Origin: an uncultured Actinomycetes bacterium
GTDB lineage: Bacteria; Actinomycetota; Thermoleophilia; RBG-16-64-13
Assembly: GCA_963841735.1 (NCBI GenBank)
Contig: CAWJDT010000001.1
Location: forward strand, 896,001-960,000
Reading direction: 5' to 3'
Length of the DNA: 64,000 nt
Shown one piece after another: positions 18,095 through 30,004 of the stretch. Each line of letters begins with the position of its first letter. Within the stretch, counting starts at the first letter, position 1. Position numbers and translations under genes: made by a program. The notes beneath the pieces are model-generated. The model was given only the letters and a program-made list of their open reading frames with translations. It had not been told where the DNA came from and ran no database searches.

Positions 18095-19240
18095 ATGAAG
18101 GTTGCCATCCTCACCGAGAGCCTCGCTTTCGGGGGCGTCAATCGCTACTGCCTCACTCTGGCAAAGGGTCTTGAGGCATATCCCCAAGTGGAGACCGAGG
18201 TGCTGGCGCTTCCGAGTTCGGGTGATGACTGGCTGCTTCGAGAAGCCGGCAAGTTGGACGTGCGCGTGGAGGTGCTCGGCGAAGTGCCGGTGCGCGCTCT
18301 CCGTAGAATCGTGTCTGAGCGCGGGTTTGACGTCGTCCACACAAACGGCTATCGCTCGAATACGCTCACTCGGCTGGCGCTTTGCTGTGGAGCGCCGGCT
18401 GTGAAGAGCATATGTACCGTGCATGGGGCGCACTATTTCACCTCCGCGGCCTGGCGTTCAAGGGGCTACTACGCGCTTGACTACCTGACCATGTTCCGTA
18501 CCGACCGGGTGATCGCTGTATCGGCGGCCACGGCGGGCCGGGTCTCGCGGTGGGTGAGAGCAAATCGTCTAGTTGTGATCCACAACGGAACCAGCATTGC
18601 CACCTCAGCCGGGGCTCCGGATAGAGTTGCCCAAAGAGAGGCTCTGGGGATATCCGCCAGTGCCAAAGTCGTCTGTTTCGTGGGGCGGTTTGACCCTCAG
18701 AAGGGCATGGACGCGCTAACCCAGACCATGGCCGCTGTGTTGGCCGGTTCCGAGGACGTGGTGTTCCTGCTGGTCGGAGATGGCCGGTCCAGGGCCCAGG
18801 TGGAGGCCGCCGCGCTGGGATTCGGGGCGCGAGTAGTCATGACCGGCTCGCAGCGGGACGTCGAACCCTACTTCGTGGCGTCCGACATGGTGTTCTTCCC
18901 CTCCAGCTCAGAAGGGCTCCCCTTGGCTCTGCTGGAGGCTTTTGCCCACGGTCTTCCCGCGGTGGCAAGCAACGTGGGTGGGATTCCGGAGGTCATAGTC
19001 GAAGGTCACAACGGCTTCTTGTGCGGTCGGCACGATACGGACACGATGACCCGACGGATCATGCAACTCGCTCACGATGATGAGCTTCGCACGCGGATGG
19101 GTGCCAACGCCCGCGACACCGTGGCTGCCGGCTTCACCATCTCCGGCATGGTGGAGGCTACCCACAGGGCTTATCTAGCGCTGCTGGGAGAGAGCGACTC
19201 CGGCTTGGCGCAGGCGGGTTCGCCTCACAGAGGAGCATGA
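18095..19240 (+). CDS. Glycosyltransferase family 4
   Basis: VIHNG, FVGRFDPQKG, PSSSEGLPLALLEA, VGGIPEVI. Confidence 0.92.
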   Translation: MKVAILTESLAFGGVNRYCLTLAKGLEAYPQVETEVLALPSSGDDWLLREAGKLDVRVEVLGEVPVRALRRIVSERGFDVVHTNGYRSNTLTRLALCCGAPAVKSICTVHGAHYFTSAAWRSRGYYALDYLTMFRTDRVIAVSAATAGRVSRWVRANRLVVIHNGTSIATSAGAPDRVAQREALGISASAKVVCFVGRFDPQKGMDALTQTMAAVLAGSEDVVFLLVGDGRSRAQVEAAALGFGARVVMTGSQRDVEPYFVASDMVFFPSSSEGLPLALLEAFAHGLPAVASNVGGIPEVIVEGHNGFLCGRHDTDTMTRRIMQLAHDDELRTRMGANARDTVAAGFTISGMVEATHRAYLALLGESDSGLAQAGSPHRGA

Positions 19241-19276
19241 TAGGCGTCAGCCCAGTGTCGCGCTTCTCGCGCGGTG

Positions 19277-20335
19277 TCAGTGCCGGAAGTCTTGCTCAAG
19301 CAGGTTGAGTATCTGACCTACTCTCACACCCATGGTGTGGTCTCGCATCACCCTCCGTCTCCCGGCCTCGGCTATCGTCTTAGCGGCAGAGGGATTGCGC
19401 AGGTAGAAAGAGATCTTCTCCGCGGCCTCGACGGGAGTCGCAAAAGACTCGACCTCTTTGCCCACCTCGAAGCACCGAGCCAGGGCCTCGTTGGACTGGC
19501 ACAAAAGGAAAGCTCCGCTGCAGAGGGTCTCGAACGTCCGTGGGTTCAGGCTGTCGACGGACTGAGGATGAAGGATGTTCATGCAGATCCTGGTCTCGTT
19601 GTTCAAGCGGTTGATCTGGTCATGGGTCCAGTTGGAGCCGTGATGTAGGTGTCGCGCCAGGAGGGGGTAGGGGGACAGGTGCCGTGCCGCCCGTAGAGGA
19701 CGGACGTATGAGCGGAAAGAACCCACGAAGTGGCCTTGCAGCGGCAGGTCGGACGGCAGCTCTCGCAGGATCGACTCGAGAAGCGCCAGGCGGTTGTCGT
19801 AGAGAGCCCCGACAAGGGAAACGTCCCAACGGGCCTTGATGTTGTCGAGGGGTCTGTACCAGTAGGGATCGGCCGCCATAGCGACGTGGTGGCAGGGTAC
19901 GTCAAGGGGCGCCAGCGCAGACGAGTCGGTTCCCTCGAAGAAGAGGATGGAGTTCACCATGCCGGCCCTCTCCATACCTTGTCCGACCCTGTGGACGCTG
20001 TCCATGAGCCAGAGGACCTTAGGGCAATCTACGCTTTCCAGCAGGGCCGCGTACTGGGCAAGAGGGATCGCGTCGGCCTTCACCAGGACGAGCAGCTGGG
20101 CGGTCTTGCAGGCTTCGCGTGTGCGCTCAATGGCCGTTTCGATCAATCGCGATCGCAACGCGGTCAGGCCTACGCGGGGCAGAAAATCCCACGCCATCAA
20201 CTGTTGCAGACCCAGCGGCGGTTCGGGATAGGCAAAGGAAGTAGCCTTCACGCCGTTCTCCTCGAACGCCCTGGCTACGCAATCGAGGTATGACCGGAAC
20301 CATGGGCCCAGGATCACCACAGAGTCGAGCTTCAA
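19277..20335 (-). CDS. CgeB-family (GT-B, Glyco_trans_1_2) glycosyltransferase
   Basis: WLMDS, DVSLVGALY..R, NILH.QS..SLNPRTFE..CSGAFLL; TTG start overlaps the rmlB stop. Confidence 0.8.
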   Translation of the reverse strand: MKLDSVVILGPWFRSYLDCVARAFEENGVKATSFAYPEPPLGLQQLMAWDFLPRVGLTALRSRLIETAIERTREACKTAQLLVLVKADAIPLAQYAALLESVDCPKVLWLMDSVHRVGQGMERAGMVNSILFFEGTDSSALAPLDVPCHHVAMAADPYWYRPLDNIKARWDVSLVGALYDNRLALLESILRELPSDLPLQGHFVGSFRSYVRPLRAARHLSPYPLLARHLHHGSNWTHDQINRLNNETRICMNILHPQSVDSLNPRTFETLCSGAFLLCQSNEALARCFEVGKEVESFATPVEAAEKISFYLRNPSAAKTIAEAGRRRVMRDHTMGVRVGQILNLLEQDFRH

Positions 20336-21363
20336 AAGGCAGCCTCGGGTCTCAGTCTGCGCCACCAGGAATCGTTTTGGCCGTACCACGCCACGGTCTC
20401 TTCCAGCGCGGGCCGGAAGTCGCGCTCCGGATGCCAGCCAAGGGCCCCGATCTTCGCTGTGGCTACTGAATAGCGGCGGTCATGCCCGAGGCGGTCGGTG
20501 ACATACTCGACCATCTCCTCGCCGGCGCCTAGGACATCGAGGATGGCCTGGGTGATCGTGCGATTGTCGATTTCGTTGCCCGCGCCCACGTTGTAGACCT
20601 GGCCGATCTCGCCCCGGCATAGGATGGTTTCGAGCGCTCGGCAGTTGTCCAGCACGTAGAGCCAGTCGCGCACATTGCCCCCATCGCCGTAGAGAGGCAC
20701 TCTCTTATTTTGCAGCAGGTTGGTGACGAAGAGGGGTATCAGCTTCTCCGGATGCTGATAGGGACCGAAGTTGTTGGTGCTCCGAGTGACGATGACGGGT
20801 AGCCCGTGGGTGGTGTAGTAGGAGAGGGCGAGTAGGTCGCCCGCGGCCTTGCTGGCGGAGTATGGGCTGGAAGGTGACAGGGGATCAGCCTCAGAGAACG
20901 AGCCCGCCGGCGTGGAGCCGTAGACTTCATCGGTCGATACGTGGATGAACCGTGCGAGACCGGTTCGCCTCGCTTCCTCGAGCAGGACGTATGTGCCCAA
21001 GACGTTGGTGGTGACAAAGTCGTCCGCGCACGCGATGGAACGGTCCACATGGCTTTCAGCGGCGAAATGAACAACGGAGTCGCACCCGTCCATGGCCTTG
21101 CGCACGGCTTCGACATCGCGGATGTCACCGCGCAAGAAGTGGTATCTACCGGGGTACTCCCGCTCCACATCGGCGAGATTCTCAGGGTTGCCGCAGTAGG
21201 TAAGAACGTCTAGGTTGACGATCTCGGTATCGAGAGAGGTCTGCAGGATGTGGCGGACGAAGTTGCTGCCGATGAAGCCGCACCCGCCGGTGACCAGCAG
21301 CATCCTAGGCGCAAAAAGGGGCGAAGGTTTGGCCGCCTGGGCCGGATTCTCGGCGGGCTCCAT
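20332..21363 (-). CDS. rfbB: dTDP-glucose 4,6-dehydratase
   Basis: GGCGFIGSNF, HFAAESHVDRS, STDEVYG, YSASKA, DRLGHDRRY. Confidence 0.96.
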   Translation of the reverse strand: MEPAENPAQAAKPSPLFAPRMLLVTGGCGFIGSNFVRHILQTSLDTEIVNLDVLTYCGNPENLADVEREYPGRYHFLRGDIRDVEAVRKAMDGCDSVVHFAAESHVDRSIACADDFVTTNVLGTYVLLEEARRTGLARFIHVSTDEVYGSTPAGSFSEADPLSPSSPYSASKAAGDLLALSYYTTHGLPVIVTRSTNNFGPYQHPEKLIPLFVTNLLQNKRVPLYGDGGNVRDWLYVLDNCRALETILCRGEIGQVYNVGAGNEIDNRTITQAILDVLGAGEEMVEYVTDRLGHDRRYSVATAKIGALGWHPERDFRPALEETVAWYGQNDSWWRRLRPEAAF

Positions 21364-21910
21364 CAGCCGTCTCTCCTATTCCAACTGTAGGGGATCTGGT
21401 CGGAGTCGGGCGGAAGTCGGAACTCGTCAGGGTTCTCCCGGCGATAGGGACGGTTTGGCACGTTGATCACCATGCCCTCGTGTTCCGATACGCAGCGCCA
21501 GCCGTGGTAGACACCGGGGGGGATCTGCACCACCAAGGGCCGGTGGATGCCCATGTAGATCTCCTGGATGACCCCGTTGGTGGGCGAAGTCGGCCGTGCG
21601 TCGAACAGGGCCAGCCGGAACATCCCGGCTACGGCGCACATGTTGTCGGTCTGTTCCCTGTGCATGTGCCAGGCCTTCACGACGCCCGGGTAGGTGGTGG
21701 TCATATAGACCTGTCCAAAGGCGACGAACATCTCCTCGTCCGACCTTAGAATCTCCATGAGGCGGCCGCGGTCGTCAGGGATGGCCACTAGGGGCTTGGT
21801 CTTAACGCCCTCGATCTGGCCCCGACCCGACTCCAGCCATTTCTGGGGTACAGCGTCAGATGCCGGCGGCTCAGCCTGCGCGCTCTGCTCCTTGCCCGGA
21901 TTCTTGTCAC

Positions 21911-21914
<4 letters not shown>
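21363..21914 (-). CDS. rfbC: dTDP-4-dehydrorhamnose 3,5-epimerase family cupin
   Basis: [29 protein letters not shown]; lies within the rml cluster. Confidence 0.85.
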
Positions 21915-22797
<883 letters not shown>

Positions 22798-22801
<4 letters not shown>

Positions 22802-23757
22802 GAGGGGTCTGGCTGCCTTTCGGGAGTCGGTTCACTCGGTCTGCCGACGCTCCGCTGAGCACCGTTGGGTTCTTCGCCCATTAGTTCAACGAGGTAGCGG
22901 CGCAGTCCTTCCGGCCACGGCGGCAGGCTGACCCCGAGTTCCGCGGCCCGGGTGCAATCGAGACAACTCATCCGAGGTCTGGGGGCAGCCGTGGGAAACT
23001 CCGCCAAATTCGCCGCTTCGACAACCACATCAATGCCCGCCTGCGCCAGCACCTCCCGCGTAAGCTCCAGCCGGCTGGCGCAGCCACTGCCGGCCAGGTG
23101 ATAGATGCCCTGGGCATCCGCGTCGATGAGCGCCAGGATCCCTTTCGCCAAGGACGGGGCGTACGTGGGTGCCCCCCACTGGTCGCTGACAACGCGTATG
23201 CGGTTGGAGCGGTCGGCCCAGCGCAGAACCTTGCTCGGGAAACTGCCCGTCGTCGGCGCTCCCATCCCGAAAAGCCAGGAAGTGCGGATCACCAGCGCCA
23301 TGGGCAAGCGCGGCGCAGCCGCTAGAACGGCCTCCTCGCCCCAGAGTTTGGTGAGTCCGTAGTAGCTCAGGGGGCTCGGAGAGTCACTCTCTACGTAGGG
23401 CGCGTCGTTGGTGCCATCGAACACGTAGTCGGTGGACAAGTGGACTAGGCCTATCCGTCGCGCCGCGCAGGCCTCGGCCAGTACCGCCGGGCCTTCGGCG
23501 TTGGCGGCGCGGGCATATTCGTGATCGGTTTCGCAGCGGTCCACATCTGTGGCCGCGGCGCAGTTGATGACCAGCCGGGGTTTCATCTGCCCAAAGACCC
23601 TCGCCACCGCGAGTCTGTCGGAGATATCAAGCTTTGTGTGGTCGAGAGCCGCTCCCTGGGGTCCTAGGACGTGAGTCAAGGCTCGTCCCAGCATCCCTTG
23701 GCCGCCGGTTATGAGGACGGGGGTATCGGGCGCGTCCAGGCCCATCAGGCTTACCAT
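22798..23757 (-). CDS. rfbD: dTDP-4-dehydrorhamnose reductase
   Basis: [38 protein letters not shown]. Confidence 0.94.
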
Positions 23758-25046
23758 TTGTTTCGATCTCTGAGATAAGCCACGTTACCTGAGCACGCGG
23801 CAGCTTGGGTCGCAGACCAAGCGCGCAGCCTCTCTCGTAGTGCACGCCCGCCGTCTAGATGTTCGAGCAGCAGCCGGCCGATTGCGGCTTTGTGTTCTCC
23901 AAGCGCCCACGCGTCGATGGGATCGGACTGCAGCCCGGCCATCTTGATCAGTGCGTTCATCTTGAAGGTATTGGCCGAAAGAGGCACAACGGGGGTGCCC
24001 CCCGACAGGGCGAAGATGGCGGCGTGCCACCTGCCGCCCACGTAGCAGTCGGAATTTCCTACGATGTCGACTACCTGCTGAACCGGAGTTGTGAGTCCGA
24101 CCACGGGAAGACCGAGCCGACGCCCAAGAGAACGGAGCACGGGCTCGTCTACCAGATCCGACACCACGAGCACTATCTGTCCCGGGTAGACGGAACGCAG
24201 GTGCTCCAACAACTCCTGGTACTCGTCTGTGAGCATCGCGCCCGCGTTTCTGCCGCCGAAAATGGACGAGCCGCCCACGCACACATAGGGTTTGTCTGGT
24301 TCGAAGCCCGCTGCGTCAGGCCAGACGTCGAAGTAGCACGGCCGCCGCACGACGGGGGTCCAGTCCTCCCGCGGTGCCGGCCGGAAGCGGAAGGCCGTGT
24401 CTGGCGAGAATCGACCGGCGCAAAATGTCTGACACCGCTCGACGGACATCTGATCGCGGAACACCACGTCGTCAAGCAATGGATAGACCTCCCGGGCGAT
24501 CTCCCCCAGGGAAGGGCCGGAGAAGTCGGCCGTGTGGTTGACGATGATCACCGGCATATCGAGGCGCTTCTTGAGGACATAGGCCATAAGGAGCTCCGTG
24601 CGGGCGACAAGTGAGTCGCTTGCCGTCATACAGCCATCCCCGTGTATCACCGCTACTTCGGTGTCTCGGGCGGCCCTCAGGAAGGCCGACCATGGCCCGT
24701 CCTCGCGGGCAAAATGGTCGGCGGCTCGGCTGAAGCCCGACCAGGTGCGCGGGACTTGGTCGCCCGACCAGGTGCGCAGCCGTCGCTCCAGTCTTCTGCG
24801 GACCGCGAACAGGATTGGCGGCGCGCAAAGCTCCAGTAGGTGCCGGGCCTTGCTCTGGGGGGCCGGCGCGGTGGCTGGGGCCGTCCGGCCCACAGTGGAG
24901 GTGCCCAGTTCCAGCTCCGAGACCGAAGCCGTGATTTCTCCGCCGGCTTCCCCGATAAGCGTCTTGAGCGAGTATGCCGCGGCTCGATCTCCCAAGTTTG
25001 GGTTGCTGGAGGAGTCGTTGATCAAGAGCACTCGCATTGGGGTCAC
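23751..25046 (-). CDS. Polysaccharide pyruvyltransferase family protein
   Basis: NLGDRA, HGDG, VFRDQMS, PDTAF, GGRWHAAIFAL..GTP. Confidence 0.8.
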   Translation of the reverse strand: MTPMRVLLINDSSSNPNLGDRAAAYSLKTLIGEAGGEITASVSELELGTSTVGRTAPATAPAPQSKARHLLELCAPPILFAVRRRLERRLRTWSGDQVPRTWSGFSRAADHFAREDGPWSAFLRAARDTEVAVIHGDGCMTASDSLVARTELLMAYVLKKRLDMPVIIVNHTADFSGPSLGEIAREVYPLLDDVVFRDQMSVERCQTFCAGRFSPDTAFRFRPAPREDWTPVVRRPCYFDVWPDAAGFEPDKPYVCVGGSSIFGGRNAGAMLTDEYQELLEHLRSVYPGQIVLVVSDLVDEPVLRSLGRRLGLPVVGLTTPVQQVVDIVGNSDCYVGGRWHAAIFALSGGTPVVPLSANTFKMNALIKMAGLQSDPIDAWALGEHKAAIGRLLLEHLDGGRALRERLRAWSATQAAACSGNVAYLRDRNKW

Positions 25047-25054
25047 CCGGCGCT

Positions 25055-26350
25055 TTACGCCGCGCCAGTGGTGTCGACCAGGAGGCCGTGTTCCACCAAT
25101 CGGGCAACTAGGGGGTACAGAGCTTCCGCGGCTGCTCCGGTGATGTCGCTGATGTCTATAAGGTCGTTCGTGCCGTCCGCGTAGGCAAGAACGTCCATCA
25201 TGGCTCTGACCTGCCGGTAAGAATCCCTAGTGCCCAAGGTGGGATAAAGGCCGCGGCCGCCCAGATGAGGTTCGCCCAGACAGGTGGTGCGGTATACCCG
25301 GTTGTTCTCCAACAACTCAAGACAATCTTGCAGGGCCGAGAGGCCCCCCTGCAGGCCGGCCGGCGTGACGAAGCTCAGATCGTCCAACGACGTGTGGTAC
25401 TCGGGGTACTCCTGGTACTTGGAGCGCATCACCGACACCACGGGCAGGTCGATGCCGGGGCTGCAGTACTGGCGCTCGTCGCTGCCCCGTTCCAGAAACG
25501 AATAGCGCACGAAACCGGGATGCTTGGTCGCAAGGATGTTGAGAGCCGCACGGTCGGCAAGCGTTTCCCCGTATCTCGACGGTAGGTAAGAGAACGCTCT
25601 CTCGTCACCGACGCAGGTCACGTTGAAGCCCGCTACGGTGTTCGTCTTCAACTCCTCCAGGTGTTCACTCAGATAGGTGAGCGAGCCTATGGTCTCGGGG
25701 ATGAAGACCAGGCGATACGTATACCGGCGAGGTCTGCTCGCGATCCACTTCGCGAGCCAGGTGGTGACTACGGGCCCCGACAGTTCATTATTGGCGAGTG
25801 AGGGATGACAAACGTAGGTTGACAGGAACACCTCTTGGGAAGAGGCGCCCGGGATGAGCAACTCCCCGTAGGTAAGGGAGCCCTGCTTCAAGTCACTGTC
25901 GATGACTACCCGGTATCGACCTTCGTTAAGGCTTTGCCGCCGCCGGTGCGAAAGGCAGAATCCCCAGCGGCGTTCGTAGTAGGAGGTGACATAGGGGATC
26001 GCGTCAGGCTGGTTCTCGAGGGAATGAAGATGCTCCTGTAATTCGGCCAACGAAACGGTGGCATCCACGGGCACCGAATAGCCTACGACGTGAAGGTTGT
26101 TGTCCTTGAAGTCCACCACGCGCGCGCCGCTCTCGTCCAGGATGTATGCGTCCCGGATGTTCCACTCGGGGGGCACGGTCCAGTCGAAGACCCGGGTGCC
26201 GGAGGGGACCTCGTGGATGGTCAGCGGTATGTGCGCCTGGAGGATACGGAGCGTCTCGCGCACACCATCGCCGGTGATGCTCCGGCAGATGGGGAACAGG
26301 CGCCTCGCCAGCTCGTGCATCGCCGGGCCGTTGGCTTCAGAGTTTCCCAT
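25055..26350 (-). CDS. DUF4910 / M28-like aminopeptidase-fold polysaccharide biosynthesis protein
   Basis: [57 protein letters not shown]. Confidence 0.9.
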   Translation of the reverse strand: MGNSEANGPAMHELARRLFPICRSITGDGVRETLRILQAHIPLTIHEVPSGTRVFDWTVPPEWNIRDAYILDESGARVVDFKDNNLHVVGYSVPVDATVSLAELQEHLHSLENQPDAIPYVTSYYERRWGFCLSHRRRQSLNEGRYRVVIDSDLKQGSLTYGELLIPGASSQEVFLSTYVCHPSLANNELSGPVVTTWLAKWIASRPRRYTYRLVFIPETIGSLTYLSEHLEELKTNTVAGFNVTCVGDERAFSYLPSRYGETLADRAALNILATKHPGFVRYSFLERGSDERQYCSPGIDLPVVSVMRSKYQEYPEYHTSLDDLSFVTPAGLQGGLSALQDCLELLENNRVYRTTCLGEPHLGGRGLYPTLGTRDSYRQVRAMMDVLAYADGTNDLIDISDITGAAAEALYPLVARLVEHGLLVDTTGAA

Positions 26351-27404
26351 CGCGCAGGTCCTCCTGAGCTCTCTGATAGTCTTCGTGTCGGCCCACGTCT
26401 TGCCAATACTCGATAATGGGGAAGCCGGCGACTACCTGCTTCTCGTCCAAAAGGCGGCGGATGAGGTCGGTCATGTCGAAACGGCGGTCGCTTGGGATGT
26501 AGTCGCAGGCACTGGGCTCCAGTAGGTAGATGCCGGCATTGATGAGAAGGGTGAGCGAGGGTTTCTCCTTCAACTGCCGGACCCGGGCGTCGTCGCATTC
26601 CACCACTCCGAACGGCACCTGCACCTCGTGCACGCGGACGCCCACGGTCAACAAAGCGCCGTGCTTCTGGTGATAGCGGAGCATCCGCTGATATGACACC
26701 CCGGTTAGGATGTCACCGTTGATCACCAAGAAAGGCCCGGTGGGTCTCTCGATCAGCTTCAGGCCCCCCGCCGTTCCCAGGGGCTGGTCTTCGTTCGAGT
26801 AGTTCATCCTGACCCCGAAGGCCTCGCCGTCGCCGAAGTGTTGGACGATGCTCTCGGGCAGGTAGTGGGTCGTGAGGTGCACCTCACTGATGCCGGAGTT
26901 CCGCAATTGTTCGATGGTGCGTTCCAACAACGGGCGCTCGCCCACCGGAAGCATCGGCTTGGGCACGTGCTCGGTGAGGGGCAGGAGCCGCGTTCCGTAG
27001 CCACCGGCCATGATCACGGCTGAGAGGTCAGTTTGGACCTCGGCCACAAGATTCTTGCGGAGGAGAAAGTCTATGAGCAATCCCTTGCCATCAACCACAG
27101 GCAGGTGGTTGATGTCGTGCTGCAGCATCATCCGGAGGGCTTCTGCCCCCGATATGGTGTCGTGGGCGACGACGGGGTCCAAAACGGCGATCGTCTCGCT
27201 GGGAGCGTCAAGCGGGATCTTGCGCAAGATGGCGCGGCGGATGTCGCCGTCGGTGAGAAGACCGCGCATCTTCCGCCCAGGAGCGCATAGCACCAGCGCG
27301 CCGGTTCCCGCTCGGTCGAGTTGAGAGATGGCGGCCGCGATGGAGAGCTCGGGCGGAGCGGTCACGCTATCGAGCAACGCTTCCAGGTGGGCGTCCACGG
27401 TCAT
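26337..27404 (-). CDS. CBS-domain nucleotidyltransferase (PtmE/LegX-like)
   Basis: N-terminal CBS pair ([10 protein letters not shown]), [25 protein letters not shown]; start at 27404 by ATGA coupling. Confidence 0.88.
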   Translation of the reverse strand: MTVDAHLEALLDSVTAPPELSIAAAISQLDRAGTGALVLCAPGRKMRGLLTDGDIRRAILRKIPLDAPSETIAVLDPVVAHDTISGAEALRMMLQHDINHLPVVDGKGLLIDFLLRKNLVAEVQTDLSAVIMAGGYGTRLLPLTEHVPKPMLPVGERPLLERTIEQLRNSGISEVHLTTHYLPESIVQHFGDGEAFGVRMNYSNEDQPLGTAGGLKLIERPTGPFLVINGDILTGVSYQRMLRYHQKHGALLTVGVRVHEVQVPFGVVECDDARVRQLKEKPSLTLLINAGIYLLEPSACDYIPSDRRFDMTDLIRRLLDEKQVVAGFPIIEYWQDVGRHEDYQRAQEDLRDGKL

Positions 27405-28801
27405 GTCTTCGGGCCCGAGTCGGAGGGCGCGTTCGCCGGGAGGTTCAGCACCCTCTTTGTGGATAGGCCGGAGGCCGGGTCGAGGTTGAGCACGGTGGTG
27501 ACTCCGCAAGAGTTGTTGGCGGCGATCCCGATGGCGCTCAAGGCCCGCAGTGGGAACGTTTCCTCGTCGAACACGTAGCGCCAGCGGTGGAAGGGGTCGT
27601 CGATGTCGAAGTTGTCGTAGTGGTAGCTGCCGGCGACCGTCTTGAGTGCCAGCCAGGGCTGGGGCCCGAATGTGGGGACTGTCGATCGGACCTCAAGCAC
27701 GTGGGTCGAGTCGCCCAGGGCGTGGAGTGACGTCTCCAGCTCGCAGGCGGGCTCTAGGGTGAGGCCCAAGGCTCTGCGCATCGCGTCGATCGCCTCGCAG
27801 AACTTGACCGGCACGGAGGGGAACTCGCGGCTCACACAGGCCAGCAGCCCTCGGACGCCGTCGACGTCGGGCCGGATATCCCGGAAATCATGGTCGGTGA
27901 AAGCCATCACCACGGGCCGGCCCTCCTGAGCCTCCAGGAAGGCCTGCCGCACATCGCCCTCGCCCAACAGACGATACCGAGTGCCCACGTTGAGACATCT
28001 AGCGATCCAGCGCCGGCAGGCACCCGGTATCTGGTAGTCGTCGTGCGCCGGATGGTATGGCTCCCAGGTTGCGGGGGCACGGCGCCAATCGCCCCAACGA
28101 CCGTCCTCTAGGCCCGACTGAGACCTGTCATCCTCAGTGGGCGTTGTCGCTTGACTGGAGAAGTCGAAGGGGATGAACTGTTCGAGGAACCAGTGACTAT
28201 CGGGGCGGATCACGTGGAATCCTGCCCGATGAGCGGCGGGGAACCACTGCCGGTCGATGACCCGGCGGCTGAGGATCTGTTGCAGACTGTCGGAGGCCGT
28301 CCACCAGTGGGTGGCACAGCGATGAGCCTCCCTGCGGAAGTTGTGGGGATGATAATGGAAGTGCACGCCATCGCGCGATGCTCCCAGATCCCGGACCAGC
28401 CCCAGGTAATGGTCGAAGATGTTGTGGTAGCCGATGTCCCGTCGCCTGGGGTTGGCGTCGTAGTCGACATGATCGACGCAGAACCAGTTGTACACCCAGC
28501 CTTGGCCGTCGGAATCGCGCGCGCGGTCGCGGAAGCCGGCCCCCATGCAGTCGGCCATAAGGCCGTCGACTTTGTCCCAAGTGTCGTTATAGGCCAGCAG
28601 GTGCGGGTTGACCACCCTGCTCACGGCCGTCTCTTGGCCGCCTAGGTCGACCTCGCCGGCCTGCAGGCGGCGGAGCATGTCCGCGCTCGGCTCGAGGTCG
28701 AGACCGAAGATGGCCCGAAGGCGCTCGAAGGTGGCCTCCACCGACTCATGGAGAGGCCCCTCCGTATCGATGCAGTGGACAACGTGAACGCAGTTTGACA
28801 T
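27401..28801 (-). CDS. Hypothetical protein, possible deacetylase-like (beta/alpha) metal-binding fold
   Basis: HCIDTEGPL, WFCVDH, HFHYHPH, HDFRD acidic/His motifs; coupled within the operon. Confidence 0.65.
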   Translation of the reverse strand: MSNCVHVVHCIDTEGPLHESVEATFERLRAIFGLDLEPSADMLRRLQAGEVDLGGQETAVSRVVNPHLLAYNDTWDKVDGLMADCMGAGFRDRARDSDGQGWVYNWFCVDHVDYDANPRRRDIGYHNIFDHYLGLVRDLGASRDGVHFHYHPHNFRREAHRCATHWWTASDSLQQILSRRVIDRQWFPAAHRAGFHVIRPDSHWFLEQFIPFDFSSQATTPTEDDRSQSGLEDGRWGDWRRAPATWEPYHPAHDDYQIPGACRRWIARCLNVGTRYRLLGEGDVRQAFLEAQEGRPVVMAFTDHDFRDIRPDVDGVRGLLACVSREFPSVPVKFCEAIDAMRRALGLTLEPACELETSLHALGDSTHVLEVRSTVPTFGPQPWLALKTVAGSYHYDNFDIDDPFHRWRYVFDEETFPLRALSAIGIAANNSCGVTTVLNLDPASGLSTKRVLNLPANAPSDSGPKT

Positions 28802-28812
28802 CCAGGAACCCC

Positions 28813-29952
28813 TCAGGCCACGAGCTGCAGGAACCTCTTCTTCGCCGGGATCTCCTTCTCAAAACATGCGAAGAACTCATCGAAGCGCGCCTGCATTCTC
28901 TCGACATCCCATCGCAGGTAGTACTTCGAGACAAGCCGGGACACGAAGAACTCGAACAACTCGGACACTCTCGGGTCCACCCTGAAGCAGTTGCTGCACA
29001 TCGTGCCTTCTGGGATCGAGTCCTCGATGTGCTGCCTCCTCAGCGCGGTGATGGTCTCGTTGTTGATCAATTCTACGGGACTGCCGTCCCCGATGCCTCC
29101 AAATACCAGTTCTCCATGATAGTCCCGGCAGCACGCCGATACGCGCCCGTCGGTCAGCACATGAAGCGTCGGCTCGAACAGCTGGTCGCAGGGTCGCCAG
29201 GGCACAATGTGATTCTTCAGCACACTTTCTTCCAAGAAATAGCTGTTATCTGGACAAAGACCGCTGACCAGAGTGAGATGGATATTCCTCATGTCAGCGT
29301 ACCGTGAGTAGAACTGCAGATGGTATGCCAACTCGTGCCGGACGTCGTTGCTCACTATCGAATGGATGCTGACCTTCTTAATGGCACCGCTGGTCTTGTT
29401 GGCGTCCGCAAAAGCATCGAGATTCGACAGCAACTGATCGAATCTGCCGGGTCTACGGATCTTCTCGTACGTTTCCCTGGTCGCGCCATCTATCGAAAGA
29501 CGAAGAGACGAAATGACGTCCGCATACTCGAACAGCAGATCCATCCTTCGCGCCAGCAGCAGGCCGTTCGACGACAGCATGATCTTCACATCATGCTGTA
29601 GCAGAACCAGCAGATAGTCCTCTAGACGGGGGTTCAGCAGAGGCTCGCCAATAGTGTGGACAGCCGTCGGGCCTCGACCGAAGCGCTTCTGGTATTCGAC
29701 ACACCTGGCGAACAGATCGAGGTCCATGGTAGACCGCTCGCGCCTTGAGATCGAAGGCCGGCACATGAGGCAGTCCAGATTGCAGTTGTTGTTTATCTCG
29801 ATCTCTCCGATGCGAAAGGCGGCAGGATCGACGGTCAGACCAGGTGTAGGGCGGGCCTGGACGATCCGCGAGTATCCGCGCCCCGACGCGGTGGCCTCAG
29901 CGAGCCAGCGTACGGGCGGTATCGTTCGGGCTGCGGCCCTGAGCATGGTCAT
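28813..29952 (-). CDS. Radical SAM protein with SPASM/twitch domain
   Basis: CNLDCLMC (Cx3Cx2C), GEPLL, LSIDG, C-terminal PC..F......DGRVSACC.D and CSNC. Confidence 0.9.
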   Translation of the reverse strand: MTMLRAAARTIPPVRWLAEATASGRGYSRIVQARPTPGLTVDPAAFRIGEIEINNNCNLDCLMCRPSISRRERSTMDLDLFARCVEYQKRFGRGPTAVHTIGEPLLNPRLEDYLLVLLQHDVKIMLSSNGLLLARRMDLLFEYADVISSLRLSIDGATRETYEKIRRPGRFDQLLSNLDAFADANKTSGAIKKVSIHSIVSNDVRHELAYHLQFYSRYADMRNIHLTLVSGLCPDNSYFLEESVLKNHIVPWRPCDQLFEPTLHVLTDGRVSACCRDYHGELVFGGIGDGSPVELINNETITALRRQHIEDSIPEGTMCSNCFRVDPRVSELFEFFVSRLVSKYYLRWDVERMQARFDEFFACFEKEIPAKKRFLQLVA

Positions 29953-30004
29953 GCGATGGATTCCTCGGAGCTTCCCAGGGGACACTCCCCGCCGCGGTCC
30001 TGCC

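Noticed and set aside
28813-29952. RiPP maturase interpretation of the radical SAM-SPASM gene
   Set aside because: No precursor peptide, RRE domain, protease or exporter adjacent; context is sugar biosynthesis
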